From Acidobacteriota bacterium (GTDB lineage: Bacteria; Acidobacteriota; UBA890; WLXD01): 64,000 bases of DNA. The notes below the pieces were generated by a model that saw only the letters and a list, made by a program, of their open reading frames with translations, was not told where the DNA came from and ran no database searches. The stretch spans positions 2,720,001-2,784,000 of the forward strand of contig CBDBHB010000009.1 of NCBI GenBank assembly GCA_965205505.1, read 5' to 3'. Both the position numbers and the translations under genes were made by a program. Positions 58,335 to 64,000 of the stretch are shown in pieces. Every line of letters begins with the position of its first letter. The first letter of the stretch is position 1.

Positions 58335-59525
58335 TTATTGGCTAGCTATGGCCCGCCCGACCCCGCGAGGGTCGAACCCCATCTCCTGCACCACGCTGTC
58401 GATCGCCAACAGCAGCGCCTTCATGTCGCACGGATAGAGACGTCCTATATTGCCGATGCGGAAGCACGACGCCCCGGTCACCTTGCCGGGATAGATCACC
58501 ATGCTGCGATCGGAGAGCTTGTCGTAGAACGTCTGGAAGTCGTAGCTCGGATGATCGGGGCAGTGGTACGTAGTGATGATGTGGCTCATCACTTCGCGCT
58601 CGAGGAACGGGACGAAGCCGAGGTGATCCATGCCCTCGAGGAGGGTGCGGTGGTTTGCCATGTAACGGGCCCGCCGAGCAGCGACGCCCCCCTCAGCGAA
58701 GAACTCACGCAGTGCTTGTCGGAATGCCAGTAGCACCTGATTCGGTGGTGTGAAGCGAAATTTCCCGCTGCTTTCGAAGCCGCGCCACTGGTCATGGAGA
58801 TCCATGGAATGGCTACGTGCCCAGGCGCCCTCTCCAGCCTGCTCGAGCAGATCGCGCCGTGCAAGGATGAAGCTGAACCCGGGTACTCCCTCGATGCTCT
58901 TGTTCGAGCCGGAGATCAGCGTATCGATGCTGATGCCGCGCATGTCGATGGGATATGCGCCGAAGGTGCTCATCGCGTCGACGAGGAATCGTCGTCCAGC
59001 GTCGCGAATCACATGTCCGATCGTTTCAATATTGTTGTACAACCCGGTGGTCGTTTCACAGTGAATGATGCCCACGGTATGGATGCTCGGGTCGGTTTCG
59101 AGCATGTCGGCTACGATCTCTCCCCTGGCCGGCTCATTCTCGGCGAAACGGATCGGCACGACATCGATGTCGAGCATCCGGGCGATCGTGATCATGCGCT
59201 CGCCGTATGCGCCGTTGGAGACCACAGCGAAGCGGCCTTCGCGGGGAATCAGGGAACCGACTGCCGACTCCACGCCGAAGGTGCCGCTCCCCTGCATCAA
59301 GACGCACTCCCAGCCATCGGAGACGGTGACGTCGCCGACTTCGAGTATGCCGTCGCGGATCTCTTTGACCAACGTTCGCAGCGGTGCATCCCAGGCGCCG
59401 ATGTCGTGACACATCGCGTGCTTCACAGCGAGCGATGTGGTCAACGGCCCGGGCGTGAACAGGCGCGGGTCGAACGTGCCTGGAAACGCTTCGCCGTGCG
59501 ATTCTCGAGATGGTGGGATGGCCAT
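58335..59525 (-). CDS. phnW: 2-aminoethylphosphonate--pyruvate transaminase
   Basis: LFTPGPLTTS, MQGSGTFGVE, HCETTTG, DAMSTFG, NKSIEGVPG, RFTPP and IYPGK. Confidence 0.92.
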   Translation of the reverse strand: MAIPPSRESHGEAFPGTFDPRLFTPGPLTTSLAVKHAMCHDIGAWDAPLRTLVKEIRDGILEVGDVTVSDGWECVLMQGSGTFGVESAVGSLIPREGRFAVVSNGAYGERMITIARMLDIDVVPIRFAENEPARGEIVADMLETDPSIHTVGIIHCETTTGLYNNIETIGHVIRDAGRRFLVDAMSTFGAYPIDMRGISIDTLISGSNKSIEGVPGFSFILARRDLLEQAGEGAWARSHSMDLHDQWRGFESSGKFRFTPPNQVLLAFRQALREFFAEGGVAARRARYMANHRTLLEGMDHLGFVPFLEREVMSHIITTYHCPDHPSYDFQTFYDKLSDRSMVIYPGKVTGASCFRIGNIGRLYPCDMKALLLAIDSVVQEMGFDPRGVGRAIASQ

Positions 59526-59663
59526 CGTGCCGCCGCGAGTCGATTCCTGAGGATGCGTCCGCATTCTACAAGGGGTGAGAGCGTCCGCCGGGCAGCGGGC
59601 GACACCTGGCCGGCGAGCGCCTCGACCCCACCCGGTCGTCTTGAATCGCCTGGCGCCGCAGCG

Positions 59664-61292
59664 CTACTCGTCGGCAGACCGGGGCTCCGAGCAAGCCTCA
59701 TTGCCGGCCGCATCGATTGCACAGACACGATAGGAGGCGCCCGATAGACTCGGCGCGGGTATCTCGGCGAACCACAAGTACTCGCCGTACCAGGCCATGG
59801 GGACCTCCCTGTCGGTTCCCGACTCGACCCAGCGGAGCGTTACTGATTGCCAGTCGTGCGGCATCGTCGGGCTCTTGCGGTCGTGGATACGGGCGTGGAC
59901 CCGGAGAGCCCCGTCCCGCCGTAGCTGGCTGCGCACGCCGCCGATGAACGGCGCTGCGGTATCCGGATCAAGGCCGCTGCCGAGAAAGATCTTCTCTTCG
60001 ACGGCAGCCGGATTCTCGCCCTGTCCGTGGACGACGTCGAGACGATCATCGCCGTCGAGATCGGCCAGCATAAGCGACAGCGTGCCGGCTGTCTCGGGAC
60101 CAGAAAAGACCTCCTGGGCCATCGTGAAACGACCAGACCCGTCGTTGATCAGCAGGCGGTCGGCGCCGGTGAGTGATCCGACGACGAAATCGGCATCGCC
60201 GTCGGAGTCGTAGTCGAGAAATACTGCGCTGTTGTCGTCTTCGCCGACATTCTCGCTATCCGGCCATAGCGTCTCCGTGGCATCCGTATACGCTTTGCCG
60301 GCGTCGTTACGGAAAACGTGTTGACGACGCATCATGTTCACCTGTCCGACGATCTCTCCATCGTTGATCGTGACCAGGTCGAGGAAGCCGTCGCCGTCGA
60401 TGTCCATGGGCTCGAACTCGTAGTTGTTCGAGTGCCTGGGTAGGCCAACGAGGTCCTCTTCGAAGTTGCCGGTCCCGTCATTCACGAAAAGGCTTCCACC
60501 GTAGCAACGCTTACACGATACGGCGATGTCGAGGTCGAAGTCGTTGTCGAAGTCCAGGAACTCCAGGTCCCAAGAGAAGCCCAGCAGGGTCTCGGGCATG
60601 CGGGCAGCGGTAACGTCTGTGAAGTGGCCTGCGCCGTCGTTGAGCCACAGCTGCGTGCGGCCGCCGAGGTTATCCATGTTGTTACCGGCACCCCAGTCGG
60701 CCAAGACGACGTCAAGGTCGCCGTCGCCGTCCACGTCGCCGAGCTCGAGGTCGCCGACGCTCGCTGGGCGCTGCGGCAGGTGGGAAGAGGTGACCTCCCG
60801 GAACGTTCCCCGACCGTCGCCGAGATACAGGCGACTCTGGGTCTGGAAGGTGGTCCCGACCAGGATGTCGACAATGCCGTCGCCGCTGACGTCGCGAACC
60901 TTGATCACCCGAGCAAAGTCGCCGCGTGCGCCAAACACCTGCTCGGTGACCTCTTCGAACGGTTGCCCGGGACCGCGATTGAGAAACACTCGATTCAATT
61001 CCGCCTGTCCCGGTTCCGAGTAGTTGCCACCATTGGCGAACAGCAGATCGACGCGCCCGTCGCCGTCGATGTCGGCGAGCTCCACACGGTTCGTCCATTC
61101 TGCAGTTTCGGGCAAGAGCCGTTCCGTCGCGTCGACCCAGAGGGCAGTCGGCAGGCTGTCGCTTCCAATGGGGTCGGACCCGCGCGGGCTATCTGCCGCT
61201 GTTCCACATCCGACACTCAATCCTGCGAGCAGACACACGAGTAGCAGCGGTGTCAGACGGCTGCGGGAGTGGCACTCGAACCGGAGTTTCAT
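59664..61292 (-). CDS. FG-GAP/VCBS repeat lipoprotein
   Basis: Lipobox LSVG-C; seven DxDxDG motifs; C-terminal beta domain. Confidence 0.85.
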   Translation of the reverse strand: MKLRFECHSRSRLTPLLLVCLLAGLSVGCGTAADSPRGSDPIGSDSLPTALWVDATERLLPETAEWTNRVELADIDGDGRVDLLFANGGNYSEPGQAELNRVFLNRGPGQPFEEVTEQVFGARGDFARVIKVRDVSGDGIVDILVGTTFQTQSRLYLGDGRGTFREVTSSHLPQRPASVGDLELGDVDGDGDLDVVLADWGAGNNMDNLGGRTQLWLNDGAGHFTDVTAARMPETLLGFSWDLEFLDFDNDFDLDIAVSCKRCYGGSLFVNDGTGNFEEDLVGLPRHSNNYEFEPMDIDGDGFLDLVTINDGEIVGQVNMMRRQHVFRNDAGKAYTDATETLWPDSENVGEDDNSAVFLDYDSDGDADFVVGSLTGADRLLINDGSGRFTMAQEVFSGPETAGTLSLMLADLDGDDRLDVVHGQGENPAAVEEKIFLGSGLDPDTAAPFIGGVRSQLRRDGALRVHARIHDRKSPTMPHDWQSVTLRWVESGTDREVPMAWYGEYLWFAEIPAPSLSGASYRVCAIDAAGNEACSEPRSADE

Positions 61293-61503
61293 GGGCGCTA
61301 CCAGAGATGGAGGCTTGAGGATTCGTGGAGCGTATCGCTAGAACGTGCGCGATCCAATCGCGGCAGCCGCTCGAGCCTGCTCGACCGGCAGGGTATCTGG
61401 TGAGCTGTCTGGGTGTCATCGCTGCGGCGACTCTGGGTCATTACAATGTTGTCGACCATCCCGGTACCCAGGCCGACCGAACCGGCAGGAGCCTTCAACG
61501 ACC

Positions 61504-62145
61504 ATGCGTGCACCTGTCATCCACGACGTCTCGATACCGTTGCAACCGGGGGTGACCACCTGGCCGGGCGATGTCGATTTCGAGATGCGCGACGAGATGC
61601 GCATCTCGGCTGGCGACGAATGCAACGTGACGAGCATTTGCATGAGCGCGCACACCGCGACTCACGTCGATGCGCCCTGGCACTTCGTCGACGACGGCAG
61701 CACGGTCGAGGCGCTCGATCTGTCCACGCTCATCGGTCCTGCGACGGTCGTAGATCTGGGCGACGCCAGCGTGGTTACCCCGGAGGTGCTCGTCGCGGCG
61801 GGCGTGGCGCCGAAGACAGAACGCTTGTTACTGCGAACGAAGAACTCGGAGTCATGGCACGACGCCCGAGCCGACTTCAAGCGCGACTACGTGGCATTGG
61901 ACGCTGAAGCCGCCCGCTGGGTGGTGGAAAGCGGCATTCGTCTGATCGGTGTCGATTACCTTTCGGTTCAGCGTTTCGACGATCCACCCGATACGCATGA
62001 AATCCTGCTCCGGTCTAGTGTGGTGATCGTAGAAGGACTGGATCTATCGGGTGTCGGCGCGGGTCGGTACCGGCTCGTGTGTCTGCCGCTGAAGATCGTT
62101 GGCAGCGACGGCGCACCAGCGCGCGCCGTGCTGATCGAGGAGTAG
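61504..62145 (+). CDS. Cyclase family/kynurenine formamidase-like hydrolase
   Basis: WPGD, HTATHVDAPWH, GVDYLSV and DGAPARA. Confidence 0.9.
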   Translation: MRAPVIHDVSIPLQPGVTTWPGDVDFEMRDEMRISAGDECNVTSICMSAHTATHVDAPWHFVDDGSTVEALDLSTLIGPATVVDLGDASVVTPEVLVAAGVAPKTERLLLRTKNSESWHDARADFKRDYVALDAEAARWVVESGIRLIGVDYLSVQRFDDPPDTHEILLRSSVVIVEGLDLSGVGAGRYRLVCLPLKIVGSDGAPARAVLIEE

Positions 62146-62173
62146 CCGACCCATTACCGCGGCTGAGGTGCTC

Positions 62174-62401
62174 TCATCGATCGACGACGAAGTTGCTCAT
62201 CGCTTGCCGCAGCTCATCTCCGCCATTCTCGAGCACTTGGAGGAGAACCTGCCGGGTCTGTTTCGTGTCGAGTTTGTTCGAGTACCCACATCCGTCGCAA
62301 ACGAAGCTCATGGCCGCCTGGAGCCGAGCAATTGGCTGCCGAAAGCCGCCGCCGCAGTTGAGGCAGGCGATCGAGATTTCATGCAATAGGCGCTCCGACA
62401 T
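62174..62401 (-). CDS. Small zinc-ribbon protein
   Basis: CLNC...CDGC; GGAGGA RBS upstream. Confidence 0.65.
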   Translation of the reverse strand: MSERLLHEISIACLNCGGGFRQPIARLQAAMSFVCDGCGYSNKLDTKQTRQVLLQVLENGGDELRQAMSNFVVDR

Positions 62402-62697
62402 GGTGGGTCCTCCGATGCTGGCGATTCCGAACGCTCGCCTACATAGACGCTAGCACGGTGGGAGCGATCGCCAGAAGCACAGAGTTGTGGGTCACCAGTC
62501 ATCTGTTAATAGCGATGAGTCGCCACAGGCCACCGCGTTGCGGTCGTGCTCAGAACCAAGTAGGTCAGTGGGGCCTGGTATGAGACTCGATGGCTCGAAC
62601 GGGATCGTTCGCCCCGACGATTGACATAACCTACGGCCCACCCACGCACTTAGCGGTATCGTGACGTTCACGCCCAACGGTCGAGAGGGAGGTTGGC

Positions 62698-63669
62698 ATG
62701 CGTCGATTGAGTGGTCGCTTGTACAACGGATTCAGTAGAGTACCGCAGACGCTCGCTCTACTGCTCGCGGTTACGCCGTGTGCGCTCACCGTACCGCTGG
62801 CCGCGACGGGCCACTCGGTCGTTGCCCAACCGACAGCACGTGTGGCGATCGTGTCGGCCGTGCCCCTGGAGATGGACCAGCTGCTGGCGGAGGCCGACGT
62901 CGAGTCAACGCGGGCCATCATCGGCCGAATCCATCACGTCGGGGTGCTTCGCGGTGTCGACGTGGTGCTGGTGCTCAGCGGCCGCGGCATGATCAACGCC
63001 GCGATGCTGACGCAGGCGCTAGTGGACCACTTCTCGGTGCGAGCGATCATTTTCTCAGGCGTCGCGGGCGGGGTGAATCCGGGGCTGTCGATCGGCGACG
63101 TCACCGTGCCTGCCCAGTGGGGGCAATACCAGGAGCACTTGTTCGCGCGCCAGACGCCCGATGGCTGGGATGTCGGCGGCCGTCCGGTGGAGTTCAGCAA
63201 CTACGGCATGATGTTCCCGCGCTCCCAACGGGTCACACGGAAAGACGGCGAGCCCAAGGTCGAGGAAACGCGCTTCTGGTTTCCCGCCGACCCGAACATG
63301 CTCGAAGTGGCGACCCAGGTCGCGTCGGACGTGAAGCTGGCTCGCTGCGATCGGATGGGCGACTGCCTGGAAGCCGCGCCGAGAATCGTGGTCGGTGGCA
63401 ACGGGGTCAGCGGCGCAACGTTCGTCGAGAACGCCGCCTACCGCCAGTGGGTGTGGAAGACGTTCCAGGCCGACGCCCTCGACATGGAGAGCGCCGCGGT
63501 CGCCCACGTAGCGTACGTGAGCCGGATCCCGTTCCTGGCCTTCCGCTCGCTGTCGGACCTCGCCGGCGGCAACGATGCCAGCAATCTGCGCGTGTTCCAG
63601 AGTCTCGCCGCAGGCAATTCCGCGCAAATGCTACTGGCGTTCCTCGAGCACTGGAACGATTCGTTATGA
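62698..63669 (+). CDS. MTA/SAH nucleosidase (PNP_UDP_1) family protein with a putative signal peptide
   Basis: SGRGMINAA, FSGVAGG, DMESAAVA and RSLSDLAGG; GGAGG RBS. Confidence 0.88.
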   Translation: MRRLSGRLYNGFSRVPQTLALLLAVTPCALTVPLAATGHSVVAQPTARVAIVSAVPLEMDQLLAEADVESTRAIIGRIHHVGVLRGVDVVLVLSGRGMINAAMLTQALVDHFSVRAIIFSGVAGGVNPGLSIGDVTVPAQWGQYQEHLFARQTPDGWDVGGRPVEFSNYGMMFPRSQRVTRKDGEPKVEETRFWFPADPNMLEVATQVASDVKLARCDRMGDCLEAAPRIVVGGNGVSGATFVENAAYRQWVWKTFQADALDMESAAVAHVAYVSRIPFLAFRSLSDLAGGNDASNLRVFQSLAAGNSAQMLLAFLEHWNDSL

Positions 63670-63687
63670 AGCTGAGCCGATGCCCTG

Positions 63688-63858
63688 TTAGGTGGCGCGC
63701 CGATTCTGCCCGGATCGCCGATCCTTCTCGCCACGCCTGTCTCCTCGTCGGCGATCAGGGAAGTCGATGGGACTGTCTTCCTTACGGCGACTCTCCCCAC
63801 TTCGCCTGTCAGGAGAGTTGCGCCGTTCGCTTACTTTTCTTCGTTCTTTCGCTGTCAT
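63688..63858 (-). CDS. 56-aa Arg-rich microprotein with (E/D/S/N)RR repeats
   Basis: MTAKERRKVSERRNSPDRRSGESRR...DRRRGDRRGEKDRRSGQNRR. Confidence 0.55.
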   Translation of the reverse strand: MTAKERRKVSERRNSPDRRSGESRRKEDSPIDFPDRRRGDRRGEKDRRSGQNRRAT

Positions 63859-64000
63859 GTGATACCGCGCTCGCTCGCTGTTTCCGTGCCGGTCACCCAA
63901 ACGGCGGCAAGGCTCGTCGATCGACTCCATGCCGGTTCGGTACCCGAGCTTCGATTACCTCGGTTTTACAGCATGGGCGACAGAATCTTCCACCGCAAGG

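Overview
High-GC bacterial chromosomal window. A GWxTD protein, an orphan MacB-type ATPase and the style of the ccm cluster suggest an Acidobacteriota-like host (inference only). Most genes are housekeeping or metabolic: fumC, dinB, moaADE, deoB, a System I cytochrome c maturation cluster, ribF, cysS, tRNA-Gly, tRNA-Cys, mtaB, metH, iadA and phnW. There is also a block of secreted beta-propeller proteins and peptidases. Several genes carry lesions, including a decayed copper amine oxidase and a DUF4198 gene split across opposite strands. Two non-coding features stand out. (1) A family of about 280-bp, CTAG-bounded, non-autonomous elements. They keep the same length and two-module secondary structure while their sequence, and even their 34-bp terminal repeats, differ completely. 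They sit almost always in TAG stop codons, twice in TAG/GTG coupled junctions. (2) A perfect sigma-54 promoter followed by a tandem of two structurally covarying hairpins that share an identical 27-nt loop core, a candidate undescribed sRNA. No CRISPR array, rRNA or transposase gene is visible. All calls were made by eye from the sequence and the ORF track; no searches were run.
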